Positions 28,285-42,211 of a stretch of 64,000 nt of DNA are shown piece after piece. The position numbers were made by a program, and so were the translations under genes. The notes below the pieces were generated by a model that was not told where the DNA came from, searched no databases, and saw only the letters and a list, made by a program, of their open reading frames with translations. Source of the DNA: Octopus vulgaris (taxonomy: Eukaryota); NCBI GenBank assembly GCA_951406725.2, contig OX597830.1, positions 70,432,001 to 70,496,000 on the forward strand, given 5' to 3'. Positions within the stretch are counted from its first letter, which is position 1, and every line of letters begins with the position of its first letter.

Positions 28285-29160
28285 AAGGCGGCGAGCTGGC
28301 AGAAACGTTTGCACGCCGGGCGAAATGTTTAGCGGTATTTCGTCTGCCGTTACGTTCTGAGTTCAAATTCCGCCAAGGTCGACTTTGCCTTTCATCCTTT
28401 CGGGGTCGATAAATTAAGTACCAGATACGAACTGGGGTCGATGTAATCGACTTAATCCATTTGTCTGTCCTTGTTTGTCCCCTTTGTGTTTAGCCCCTTG
28501 TGGGTAGTAAAGAAATAGGTATTTCGTCTGTTTTTACGTTCTGAGTTCAAATTCCGCTTAGGTCGACTTTGCCTTTCATTCTTTCGGGGTCGATAAATTA
28601 AGTACCAGTTGCATAATAGGGTCGATCTAATCGACTGGCCTCCTCCCTTAAAGTTTCGGTCTTTGTGCCTAGAGTAGAAAAAAATATTTACCGACTAGAA
28701 GGCGGCGAGCTGGCAGAATCGTTAGTGCGCCTGGAAAATTGCTACCTTTCATATTTTCCAAGTTTACGTTCTAAGTTCAAATGTCACCAGAGCTGACTTT
28801 TCTTTTAGGACGGAAATCTGGCAGAATCCTTAACCCGTCGGGCAAAATGCCTAGCGGTATTTCGTCGGTCGTTACGTACTGAGTTCAAATTCCGCCTAGG
28901 TCGACTTTGAATTTCATCCTTTCGGGGTCGATTAAATAAGTACCAGTTACGCACTAGGGTCGATATAGTCGACTTAATCTGTTTGTCTGTTATTGTTTGT
29001 CCTCTCTGTGTTTAGCCCTTTGTGGGTAGTAAAGAAATAGGTATTTCGTCTGTCGTTACGTTCTGAGTTCAAATCCCGCCGAGGTCGACTTGGCCTTTCA
29101 TCCTTTCGGGGTCGATTAAATAAGTATTAGTTATGCATTGTGTTCTATATAATCGAAATT
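28285..29160 (+). mobile_element. Cluster of SINE family A copies (two dimers plus a head fragment)
   Basis: Repeated head/core/tail. Imperfect TSD aatatttacagactcgaa / aatatttaccgactagaa around the first dimer. Confidence 0.85.
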
Positions 29161-29904
29161 TGAAACCGTTACGTGTACACTCAATGCTTAGTACTTATTA
29201 TTAAGAAAACGTTGAGATGGATACGGTTGGAACGTCTTTGGATTGATGAAAGGAGCATGCTTAGGTTTCATAGAACATGGTTAGGGCATTCAGTGTGTCA
29301 ATGTTTCATTGAAAACAATTAGATTGGTACTTATTTTTCGGCGTATGAGACTCACTTTTGTATTTTTAAATGTCTCTAAAAATTGCACTGCATTGAATGC
29401 GGTCGTATTACCGATGGCAGAGAATGTGCCATAAACTAAGGACTCCTATGAATATAAGTCGGTTAGGTATAATAATTGTTGGTAAAGGGTCTTTTCTGAG
29501 CTATAGAAGCACGAGGCCAGTTTTCTGGATTCTTTGGAGTATATATTCCTTCCTAGACGAGACGCCGGTTGGCCACAGAATTAGAGATTTTTGCTGGTGA
29601 GTAAATTGGAGTAACGCGAAATGAAGTGGTTTGTTGAAGAACACAATGTATCGTTCTGTCCAGGAATCGAAACCTCAATCTTACGATCATTAATGCAGCA
29701 CCCTAACCACTAAGCCACGCACTTTCACACAATAATTGCTACTTATAATAGAATATTGGTTTCTAATTTTGGCACGAGGCCAGCAATTTGGGGGAAGGGG
29801 TTAAGTCGATTACATTAGCTCCAGTGCTCACCTGGTACTTAATTTATCGATCCCGAAAGGAGGAAAGGCCAAATCTTCCTCGGTGGAATTTGAACTCGGG
29901 ACGT

Positions 29905-30157
29905 AAACATTATTTACATTATTTACATTTGACGGATATTTGTCCTCGTCTTGTTGTTAACACAAACTTTCGGCTGATATATTCTCCAGCCTTCATCGGG
30001 TGTCTTAGGGAAATTTCGAACCTAGGGTTCTCATTCCTAAGGTATTTTTCGATCTTCTTCTTCTTCTTCTTCTTCTTCTTCTTCTTCTTCTTCTTCTTCT
30101 TCTTCTTCTTCTTCTTCTTCTTCTTCTTCTTCTTCTTCTTCTTCTTCTTCTTCTTTA

Positions 30158-30229
<72 letters not shown>

Positions 30230-30290
30230 TCACTGCTTGGAATAGAACTCGGAATCTTGGTGTTACTAGCCCGCGCTCTTAACCACTACG
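29905..30290 (-). mobile_element. tRNA-headed SINE-like element with internal (TAA)n(GAA)n and a hammerhead-like motif in its 3' half
   Basis: Minus: cgtagtggttaagagcgcggg...ccgagttctattcc (A/B boxes), microsatellite, then ACAC-CCGAUGA-aGGCUGG...UCAGCC-GAAA-guuu-GUGU (29959-30004), ending in (tgtaaataa)2. Confidence 0.65.
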
Positions 30291-30708
30291 AGTGCTCCAG
30301 TTGATCTGAACAATCGAACAACCTATTCGTGAAGTTAACATACATGTGGCTATGCATTCCACGGACACAGTTACTCTTATGTAGTACTTTTCGGGGAGGT
30401 TCGGTGTGACACAGAATATGAGGAGGTTGGCCGTTTGAATTACAGGTACAAACTAATATTTGTCAGCTGAGTGGACTGGAGCCATATGAAATACAGTGTC
30501 TTAATCAAGGATGCAACGCGCCGCCGAGTAATCGTGTAATCGAGAGCCAAATCCCGTAACCACCAAGCCATACGCCTTCAAATCTTTAAATAAGTGTAAA
30601 AGAGAGCAGAATAAATTCGTTTTTTCCACAAAATATACTTGTAAAATTGGGTTTTATCTTATACGCCGGCAACGACGGTGCATTTTACCAGACTCGTAGT
30701 TCTAATTA

Positions 30709-30774
<66 letters not shown>

Positions 30775-30849
30775 TGTCACCTTGTTTTTCGATCGACGCC
30801 CTGTATGCTCTGCCGCACACCTAGGTTGTTCCGGTGACTTCTACGATAC

Positions 30850-31266
30850 ATATTTCTGTACTGCCCACAAGGGGCTACACACAGAGGGGACAAACAAGGA
30901 CAAACAGACGGATTAAGTCGATTATATCGACCCCAGTGCGTAACTGGTACTTAATTAAACGACCCCGGAAGGATGAAAGGCAAAGTCAACCTCGGCGGAA
31001 TTTGAACTCAGAACGTAGCGGCAGACGAAATACCTATTTCTTTACTACCCACAAGGGGCTAAATACAGAGAGGACAAACAAGGACAGACAGACGGATTAA
31101 GTCGATTATATCGACTCCAGTGCGTAACTGGTACTTAATTTATCCACTCCGGAAGGATGAAAGGCAAAGTCGACCTCGGCGCTATTTGAGCTCAGAACGT
31201 AACGGCTGACGAAATACCGCTAAGCATTTCGCCATGCCTGCTAACGATTCTGCCAGCTCACCGCCT
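30850..31266 (-). mobile_element. SINE family A dimer
   Basis: Same structure as other dimers; gacttctacgatac repeated on both sides. Confidence 0.85.
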
Positions 31267-32154
31267 CAACCAGCTCGCCGCCTCAAACCCTTCTACGACT
31301 TCTACGATACCGATTATCACACCTACTTGTTCCGGTTGACTTCTGGTGTGCCATGGTCTTCTGCGTGCTATATATCGTGCCTGTGTGCCATATATCATAC
31401 CTCCTGTGTGCCAACCACCACACCTAGTTCTTTGGTCAACTCTCCGTGTGCTACCCACTACACCTAATTGTTCGGCCGACTCACATACCTAGTTTTTGCT
31501 GTGCTTTGTCTTTCACCATTCTCCGAGTGCCGTACGTCTGTTTGATCGGAGCTAACCATTATAGTCGTTCATAGAATCGCTAGCACGTCAGACAAAATGT
31601 CTCGTGGAATTTCTTCCGACTCCTTAAGTACTGAGTTCAAATTCTACCGAGCTTAAATTTGCCTTTTATCCACTCGGGATCGATAAAATAAAGTACCAGT
31701 CAAGTACTGAGGTTGATGTAATCGACTTGTATTCTTCCCCTAAAAATGATGGCCGGAAGAATCGTTACTACCCCGGACAAAATGCTTAGCTGTGCTTCCT
31801 CCGGTTCTTTATGTTTTGAGTTTAAATGTCACCGTGGTCGACTTTGCTTTTCATCCTTTTGGGGTCGATAAAATAAGTACCATTTGCGCATTGGGGGTTG
31901 ATGTAATCAATATAGTCCTCCCACCCCGAAATTACTGGCTTTGTGCAAAAATTTGAAACCATTATCATTATCATCATCATTAGCAACAACAACATCAGCA
32001 ACAGCAAAGAGTTTCAAACATCGCGTTGATTCTCAGATAGTGTTTCATTTGTTGATGTTGTTTAGTTCCAAGTCAGCACTGAACGTTTAGACCTGAAGAG
32101 TGTTTCATCCTTCATCATAACCACTTTTTTTTTATCTCATCACTACCAAATACC

Positions 32155-32387
32155 TATTTCTTTACTACCCACAAGGGGCTAAACATAGAGGGGACAAACA
32201 AGGACAGACAAACGGATTAAGTCGATTACATAGACCACAGTGCGCAACTGGTACTTATTTAATCGACCCCGAAAGGATGAAAGGCAAAAGCGACCTCGGC
32301 GGAATTTGAACTTAGAACGTAGCGGCAGACGAAATACCGCTAAGCATTTCGCCCGGCGTGCTAACGTTTCTGCCAGCTCGCTGCCTT
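32155..32387 (-). mobile_element. SINE family A monomer with TSD tcactaccaaatacc
   Basis: Full head-core-tail; 15-bp direct repeat on both flanks. Confidence 0.9.
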
Positions 32388-33210
32388 TCACTACCAAATA
32401 CCACCACCCACAGAGAGGAGGAACTATTACAAAGGTTTCTAAGCACTCTTCCAATCCGTCGCCTTTATGTTGATCAAAGATTAGAATATCTAACAGACTC
32501 ATGCTCAAGATAGCAGTGTGTAATTTAAAGGAGATTTGGTTGCTATTTCTAGCGTGTGGGGGCAATCACACAGAAATTTCTTCATTTGTTCAACAAAGTT
32601 GTTGTTGTTGTAGTCGTGTAGCTCCACGTTAGCTCTGATAAAGCAGACAAATAATAATAAAACGTGGTTCCATCCGTGACCATGCCGTGTTATTATTGTT
32701 TTTCTTTACTTCAGACCCAGTGTTTCTAGTGTTACATTATGTAATATATGGTATTTCTTATGATAGCAATAGGAGTGGATTTGAAGTGGAATTTGGCTGC
32801 GTTCGAACTACCTCTAATGGTCTTATGTTTAGGGTGTTTGTCTCACGATCACAGTATCGTCGGTTCAATTCCTGGACTGGGTGCTGCGAAATGATGTACT
32901 TTGAACAAAGGTGCTTTATTTCCTTTATTTCCTCAGCTGAAAATGAATGCCAGCAAAGTACTGGTGCATCTCTGTCTCTCTCTGTCTCTCTGTCTGTTTC
33001 TCTCTCTCTGTCTCAATCTGTCTCTGTCTCACTCTGCCTCTGTCCGTCTCTGTTTCACTCTGTCTCTGTCTGTCTGTCCCTCACTCTGTCTCACTCTGTC
33101 TCTGTCTGTCTCTGTCTCTGTCTTTCCCTTTCTCTCTCTAACTCTGTCACTCTCTCTCTCTCTGTCTCTGTCTCTGTCAGTCTGTCTCTTTGTCTGTCTC
33201 ACTCTATCTA

Positions 33211-33258
<48 letters not shown>

Positions 33259-34239
33259 ACTCTGTCTCTGTCTGTCTCTGTCTGTCTCACTCTGTCTCTC
33301 TTTCTGTCTTCTTCAAGTTTCCACATTCTAATGTTTGGCGGGGTCAAAAGGCGAAAGATTCGAATGGGGTTGTTTATATCTGCTTTCGACTACATAGGCA
33401 CCTGAAACAATTAGCGAATGCATTGTACAAGCTTCCAGGTGATACTCGCATGGTCGCTGGCATTACAAGAAAAAAATACTTATAGTAGGTGTAGTATTTG
33501 TTATAATAGCTATTTTAGCTAAATTATAGATAAACTAATAGTTTAGCTTCAGACCAGCTCGGATCCAGTAGACGTACAACAAATGGCGTTTCAGTTATGA
33601 CAATCCTGACTTTTATTCATGCAGGTCCTCCGTTGGTTTCGACGATGTTTCACTTTAGCTGATCAACGGAACAACATGCTCGTAAAATTAACGTTGCAAG
33701 AGGCTGAGTACTCCACAGACTCGCATACCTCAACGTAGTTCACAGGGAGATTGAGTATGACACAGAATGTGACAAGACTAGCCCTTTGAATTACTGCTAC
33801 AGCTCATTTTTGTTGGCTTAATGGATTAGAGCAACATGAAATAAAGTGTCTTGCTGAAAGACACAACACGCCGCTGGGAATCGAACTCACGACCTTACAA
33901 TCGTGAGCTGAATGATCCTACCACTAGCCACAAGCCTTCACATTGAAATATCGTATATGTCCTTCTGAGGTCAATTTTACCTTTTATCTTTTGGTGGGGA
34001 GGGGGTAAAACCGTGCCAACCCAAAACAGTGGATCGTTAAACCAAATGGTATGCAGTATTTATTCCGGATTTTCCAATCCGTCGCCTTTATGTTGATCAA
34101 AGATTAGAATATCTAATAGACTCATGCTCAAGATAGCAGTGTGTGATTTAAAAGAGATTTGGTTGCTATTTCTAGCGTGTGGGTTCGAATTCTGCATATG
34201 CGGTAGACTTAATCCTTTACCCGGTTTGACACCTTTAAC

Positions 34240-34500
34240 TCCAGTTGGTTCTCTCTGAGCCATGTGAAACATGAGTTCGCAACACGGTCTCTCCAACCAG
34301 CTCAGTTTTCTGTCACTATTCTGTTCTCATTCCAGCTTCTCCAGCTTTTCCAGTTTCTCATCTCCTTTCCTTGTCAATGATCCTTCGCCATGTGGTTTTA
34401 GGGTGCCCTGCTATTCCTTTCCCTTCAGGCTGCCATTTTAATGCCACCATACAATCATTTTCCCGTTGTGGTCTGAGGATTTGTCGACCCAGTCCCAGTA
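34240..34500 (-). pseudogene. RTE-type LINE 3' coding fragment
   Basis: GRQILR...VALKWQPEGKGIAGHPKTTWRRIIDKE matches the ALxWxPxGKRxxGRPKxTWRR C-terminal motif of RTE-like ORFs. Confidence 0.7.
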
Positions 34501-34732
34501 TCTTCGTTACAGAAACTGCAACAGACCTTGGGGTGTTGCAAGCATTCGGGTTTTGGTCTTTGGTCTGAGGATACATTTCTCCCCGCTTTCCTCTCACCAG
34601 TCCCAGGGACTTTCTAAAGGGCCATGGGCACTGTCTTCCTTCTTGACTAAAGGAGAGAGCAAAAGGAATATCTAAAACTACCTTCTCCAATGTCTTTTGT
34701 GCTGATTTTTCCCCACTACTACAATGTGTTGT

Positions 34733-35024
34733 AGAGGCACATGGCCTAGTGATTAGAGCAGTGGACTCGCGGTCGAGGGATCGCGGGTTCGAATCTCAGA
34801 CCGGGCGATGTGTGTGTTTATGAGAGAAACACCTAAGCTCCGCGCGGCTCCGGCAGAAGGTAATGGCGAACTCTTTCGCCACAACTTTCTCTCACTCTTT
34901 CCTCCTGCATCTTGCAGCTCACCTGCGACCCACCGGCGTTCCGTCCAGGTGGAGAACCTATACGCCAAGGAAACCGGGAAACCGGCCCTAATAAGCCAGG
35001 CGTGGCTCGAAAAGGAACAAACAA
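34733..35024 (+). mobile_element. SINE family C variant (tail ...ggaaaccggccc...ggctcgagaaggaac); second copy at 61856-62135
   Basis: tRNA-like head shared with family C; imperfect TSD acaatgtgttgt/acaatatgctgt. Confidence 0.8.
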
Positions 35025-36399
35025 ACAATATGCTGTGTTGAGATTTAGCTATTATTTCTAGTAGGCCGTATTCACCTAATGGAGTGCTCCCGTTGGTTCG
35101 ATGTTTAAAATGTTAGCCCTAGGTCATTTCTGATCGAGTATGATCAACTTTGTTTCAGTCACGTTGTCTTTTAATGGATATCTAAAATTAGATTACTCAA
35201 ATAATCTTTATATTTTCCTAGGCGGTAATGTATACAGTGAGAGATATTTGGCTGCTATTTCTAGCGTGAAAAGAGACACTCAGAAGAGCTCCCCAACATT
35301 AATGTATTGTATCCTCACACTCTCTTACTTTTCACTATGATGCAAGGGGGCCAATTGGTGGAATGTTTAAAGGCGTTCCTTCCGGTCTTTTACGGTCTAA
35401 GTTCAAATGATGCCGTGGTCAATTTAGCGCTTCACCATTGCAGGGTCGGTAAAACGAAGTACCAGTTGAATACTGGGGCGGTGTAATCAACTTCTCCTCC
35501 CCTCTTTTCGAAATTGCTGGCCTTGTGCCAATATTTGAAGGAAAGAATTATGATAATACGATACTGCATCTACTACTTTCGTTCCTCAAAGTCCGTAGTT
35601 CAAATCCAAGTGAGACTTGATCCCAGCCAATTGTCTTCCATATTAATATTCTGATTGTTTCCCAGCCACATAGTTTCGGGTTCAATCCCACTGCATGTTA
35701 CCTTGGGCAAGTGCCTTCTACTATACCCTCGAGTCGACCAAGTTCTTGTGAGTCAATTTGATAGACGGAAACATAGCGGTTCGGCAAAAAAGCCCAATAG
35801 AATAAGTACTAGGCCTACATAGAATAAATACTGGTTTCGATTTCTTCGACCAAAAGCGGTGCTCCAGCATGGCCGCAGTCAAATGACTGAAACAAGTAAA
35901 AGAATATATATGTATATGTATGTATGTATGTATGTATATATATATATATATATATATTTATGTGCGCGTGTGTGTGTGTGTGCGAGTGTGTGTGTGTATA
36001 TATACCGCTTGATAACCGGTATTGGTGCGTTTACGTCCCAGTGACTTAGCAATTCGACAGAACAACTGGTAGAGGTACCACTTACGCATGCGTAAGCGCC
36101 TGTGGATTAAGATATATTTTGTGACAGGTGGATTCTCTTTGTTTTCTTTCTCTGCTTCCGTCATCTTTCTTTCATCCTCGCTTCTCTCTCTCTCTCATCT
36201 CCGCCACACTCTCTCTCTCCCTTCCACTCTCTCTCTCTCTCTCTCAGATAAGCACCTGTAATCCAAACATCAAACCTTATTACAGTGTATCCAACATATA
36301 ACCCCTGAGAATTGCCTTAACGGTTCACGTGTCTAAGAAATACACAGCCATATATTCATTAACCTGTGATTCTTAGCAGCCTCTCGTCGCTCGAGTTGC

Positions 36400-36650
36400 A
36401 CTCCGCCGTCATGGAGTGGCCCGACTGACGTGCAGGGTACTGAGGCTCTTTTCCTTTTCTCTTCGTTCTTCGTGCTGTTTTAGCCCTAAGATGACGCCAT
36501 CCCATGACGGTGGAGTTACGATTTTAGGAGTACGATTGGGATCACGTGGATGAGAAAGGCGCGATCCAGAGAGGAGTGGACAGCGTGCTGTGACCGGCGG
36601 TGTCAATGGACGCCTGACGGACTGGTCGGTCAAGGTGATCAAGGTGATAT
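36400..36650 (+). pseudogene. RTE-type LINE extreme 3' fragment
   Basis: Manual translation RWSYDFRSTIGITWMRKARSREEWTACCDRRCQW resembles RWxDDxxxxxGxxWMRxAxxRxxW; ends in (caaggtgat)2. Confidence 0.55.
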
Positions 36651-37115
36651 TCATTAACACCACAACCGGTGAATGTTCATCGTTGAGACCGTGAGAGAGA
36701 GAGAGAGCCACCCAGTATTGGTGTATGTGTGTATATATATATATAGATTACTACTACGACACTCTGTCGGTTACGACGACGAGGGTTCCAGTTGATCCAA
36801 TCTACTCGTGAAATCCACATGCAACTGGCTGAGCACGCAACAGACACGTGTACCCTTAACGTAGTTCTCGGGGAGATTCAGCGTGATACGGAGTGTGTCA
36901 AGTCTGACCTTTTGAAATACAGGTACATCAGTAACAGGAAGAAACAGTGAGAGAAAGTTGTGGCGAAAGAGTACAGCAAGGTTCGTCACGACGTTCTGCC
37001 GAGGCCTCGTGTAGCTTTAGGTGTTTTTGCTCAATAAACACTCACAACGCCCTGTCTGGGAATCCGCTGCCCTAACCACTGGGCCATTGCGCCTCAGCAC
37101 ACATACACAGACACA

Positions 37116-37219
<104 letters not shown>

Positions 37220-37255
37220 GTTTACAGGACTAGAACTGTTTCATTCAAAAGAAAT

Positions 37256-37302
37256 TTTCCTGATGATTTCTTTTGAATGAAACAGTTCTAGTCCTGTAGA
37301 AG
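37256..37302 (+). ncRNA. Type-I hammerhead ribozyme motif overlapping a perfect 33-bp inverted repeat (37223-37255 / 37266-37298)
   Basis: UUUC-CUGAUGA-UUUCUUUUGAAU-GAAACAG(UUCUAGUC)CUGUA-GAAG: intact core, 4-bp stem III, GUA triplet, 4-bp stem I. Stem II has a U-U mismatch at its base. Confidence 0.65.
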
Positions 37303-37386
37303 CTCCTTCTATAAAATAAATTAATTTACTCTGCTATGTATTGAGTACCTTATTTACTGTGGTTAACCCCGATTCAACCCGGGACC

Positions 37387-37440
<54 letters not shown>

Positions 37441-37441
<1 letters not shown>

Positions 37442-37598
37442 TTTATTTAAAAGCAGCAGAAATATAACAAAAGCTGTTACTCGGAGTTTCACGCTCTCGC
37501 TCGTCGGAGAGTTTTGTTAAAACAAAACTGTCCGACGATCAGGAACGTGAAACTCCGAGTAACAGCTTTTGTTATATTTCTGCTGCTTTTAAATAAAG
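37441..37598. repeat. Palindromic element (perfect 53-bp outer arms) carrying two opposed hammerhead-like motifs (37474-37511 minus; 37528-37565 plus)
   Basis: Arms 37441-37493 and 37546-37598 are exact reverse complements. Each arm reads CCGACGA-stem II-GAAACUCCGAGUA-ACAG. Confidence 0.75.
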
Positions 37599-38439
37599 CA
37601 TATTACTCCACCTCTGGTATTTGAGTACACTTTTTTCAACCTTGTTTCACATTTATGTGCTTACTCCGGTATATATATATATATGCATACTAACATATAT
37701 AGAAAGGTTTTTTGTGTTTTAGATAAAGTACATGACTGAACAACCAAGAGCGGATCTCTTATTAAGTTGGTCGCAAACACAGCAAGATTATCAAGTGCAA
37801 ACACTTCTGCACAGAGTTTGATATTCATCTGACATTGTTCGGTTGTGCAAATTAGATCGATCTACCAAGGCGCCTCAATTAATATATATATATATATATT
37901 ATATTATCTGCGGCCATGCTTAAGTATTGCCTTGAAGATTTTTTAATCAAATGAATCTATCCCAGTACATATTATTTTCCTTAAACCTGATACTTATTGT
38001 ATCGTTCTCTTAGGCCGAACCGCTATGTTACGGGGAGTATAAACACAACACCGGTTGTCAAGCGATGGTGTGGGTCATCCCCAGACACAAACACACACAC
38101 ACACAGATATGTATATACGACGAGCTTTTTTCAGTTTCCGTCTACCAAATCCACTGACAAGGCTTTGGTCGGCCTGAGGCTATAGAAAAAAAAACACACT
38201 TGCCGAAGGAAAAACGCAGTGGGTTTACAGTTATGAAAAATAGAAAACACGTTCAATACTCATTTATTTATATCAAAAAATTAAAAGTTACGATAATTGT
38301 ATTATTATAGTTATGATAATTATATTATTATGATTAACGACACTGAAAATATCAAAAATGAGGCTAACTAATTTAATGTGTTAATAATTTTATGCGATGC
38401 TTTCTGTATATCTACTTCATCACTCCCTCTTCGTGTCTG

Positions 38440-38581
<142 letters not shown>

Positions 38582-38583
38582 CA

Positions 38584-38618
<35 letters not shown>

Positions 38619-38619
38619 T

Positions 38620-38726
<107 letters not shown>

Positions 38727-38811
38727 GTCTGTCTGTCCATCCGTCTGTCTGTCCATCCGTCTGTCTGCCTGTCTGTCTGTCTGTCTATCTATCTGTCTGT
38801 CTTCTGTCTGT

Positions 38812-38910
<99 letters not shown>

Positions 38911-39028
38911 TATATATACACATATATATATATATGTATGTCATCATCTGTTCGCGGTTCTGTGAATTTTATGTGAATACATGCATACATGCGTTAATTA
39001 TTGTTGCATTGTATAGTCACGGCCGAAA

Positions 39029-39063
<35 letters not shown>

Positions 39064-39728
39064 TGTATGTGTGTTTGTGTGTGTGTCTGTCTGTATGTGT
39101 GTGTGTGTACTCACGCCTCCCATGTGTTTGAACCCGAATACGTTTATTGTATCAAAGAGTGTGTATTGATAATTTTACAGTGCAGTAAGTATTTGAACGT
39201 ATGTATACAATCAAATATTGATTGCTTTATGTAGGTTTATATAAACAAACTTACATACAATACATACATAAGTACATATATATATACACGAATACATACA
39301 TGCATACATACATACATACATACATACATACATGCATATATACACACATATATAAAGACATACATACAGAGGGTAGAAAAAAAGCAGACACGCACACATG
39401 TATGTATTTCAATCGGCAAAAATCTAATAAAAGTGACTCAATAAAAATGACTCAAAGGTCGAGAGTTTCGTGTATGACATTCATAAAATTGTGTATGTAC
39501 GTGCCTATGTATATGTCTGCTCAAGCACACACACACACACACACAGATATACATACATACATACATACATACATACATACATACATACATACATACATAC
39601 ATAATACACACGCACACACACATATAAATCCAAAAACGAAATATATATATATATATATACATATATAAATATAGATATATATATAAACATATCTCTGTCT
39701 GTCTGTTTCTCTTTCAATATATTCATAC

Positions 39729-39779
<51 letters not shown>

Positions 39780-39823
39780 TAGATATATACATATAGATAT
39801 ATATATATAAATATGTATATATA

Positions 39824-39880
<57 letters not shown>

Positions 39881-40720
39881 GTATATATATATATGTGAGT
39901 GTGTGTGTATGTTATATAGAAGGCCGACCAAGGAACATGCATGTACGTATGTACGTATGCATGTGTGTGTGTGTGTTGAGTGTGTGTTTGTTTGTGTGTG
40001 TGTGCGCGTGCATGGTTGCGTGTTTGCGTGTACACACACACTTTATATAGTTACACGTTTACTGAAATCTGAATGTATGGCGGATAATGTGATCGTGTAT
40101 TTGGACAGAAGCATTCATTGTATGCACATATAAATTCCCGTATGCACACACATGCAGAAATACGCATGCATGTGCACATGATGCACACACACACACACAT
40201 ACGCAGTGTACATATACTCGCACACACGCACACATACACACATATACACATACATAAACGTATGCACATACACACGCAAACGCGGAAACACACATGCTAG
40301 ACATCTTTTACTTGGTTCAGTCATTAGACTGCGGCCATGCTGGAGGCACAGCGTTGAAGAATCTTTTAGTCGTATGAATCGACGCAAGTATTTTGTTTTT
40401 TAAAGCTGGTACTTATTGTATCAGTTCTTTTTGCCGAACCGCTACGGTACAAGAACGTAAACACACCATCACTGGTTGTCAAGCGGTGGCGGGGACATAC
40501 ATATATGCAAAGACATACACACATACACATACACAAATTTATATAGATATATATATACATACACATACGTATATATATATATATATGTGTGTGTGTGTCT
40601 GTGTGTATATATATGTACATACATACATACATACATATATATGTATATATATATATATATATATGTTTGTATATATATGTCTACATACATCATACATACA
40701 TACATACATACATACATACA

Positions 40721-40784
<64 letters not shown>

Positions 40785-42179
40785 CTTCATTCCGTTTACC
40801 TAATCCACTCAAAAGACTTTGGTCGGCCCGAGGCTATAGCAGAAGTCACTTACCCAAGGTGCTACGCAATGGGACTGAACCCGAAACCATGTGGTTTGGA
40901 AGCAAGATTTTTACTACACAGCCACATCAGCGCCTATACTCAGTTTAAATCTATACACACGCATAGACACACATAAAAGTTATTTCGTAACAGCAAATAT
41001 ATATCCGTCACCATCATTCACATCATCAACATCACCATCATCATTATAAGCAGCAGCATTAACTTCATTAACTACGACAAGAACAACAACAACAACAATA
41101 ACGTCGAAACAGCGATGAATCGAACGAACAAACACCACCAAGAAATGTGTAATAAATAGCAAAACATTCAACGACGATAATAATATCGATGAAAATAAGG
41201 TGAAGAAAAGGAAATGATGATTCCAGGGAGAATAAAAAAAAAGTACAAAACTAAACAAAATAGTAACGTATTTTCTGCGCGGAATGATAAATAAAATAAC
41301 ATTAACAATAACCGACAAACAACGAAGTGAAGAGGGGCGGAGTAATTCGAACCTCGGACCACGCCTTCTCTTGAAGAGAATAACGAATACCAAGCAGGCA
41401 GCAGCAGACTTCTATGTGTGTATTCTATACTTTGTGAAGTGGATGAGGCGGAGTAATACATATATAATGAGAGTAGTGATGGGGTGTATACATACGTTAT
41501 ATGGTATAAGTGGATGAAGCGGAGTAATATACATGTAATGTGAGTAGTGATAAGGTTTGTCGGCTGCTTCAGTTTTTTTGTTGTTGCTTTCATTAAAATC
41601 GTCAGAAGTTTGCTTAAAGTTTCTTCTTCCGTTTCGTTTTATTCATTTTTCCTTCTTTCAGTTTATTCACTCTTTCATTCTTATTTTCTTTCATCCAATT
41701 TCTCAATCTATTTTCTGCTTTATTTAATAATATATACATTATTATATATAAAATTTTACCGCCATTCGTTCTTCGTTGCTTTATTTTCCTCATCTTATCA
41801 TTCTTGTTTCTTCCCACCATCATCCTTCATTCCTAATTTTCTTTCTTTCCTTTCGTTCAGTCCTTTATCTTTTTCTCCATTTATTCTTCTCTTTTCCTTC
41901 TTCCTTTCCTTCTTCCTTTTATTCTTTGTTCCTTTAAATTTTATTTTACTAAATTTTGTAATATTTCTTTATTTTTGTGATTTTAATATTTAATTTTTTT
42001 CTTTTATTCATCCATTCTTTCCATCTAGCTTCCTTTCTTCTTTTCTGTCGCATTTTTCTCCTCTTTCTTTTTTCTTTCTTTCTTTCTTTTTTCTTTCTCT
42101 CCTTCTTTCTTTCTTTCTTTCTTTCTTTCTTTTAGTCAGTCTTAAAAATCACTATCACACTACCACCACCACTACCACT

Positions 42180-42211
<32 letters not shown>

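Noticed and set aside
41327-41550. Three ggcggagtaat-type repeats in unique sequence
   Set aside because: Short degenerate local duplication with nothing to support a function.
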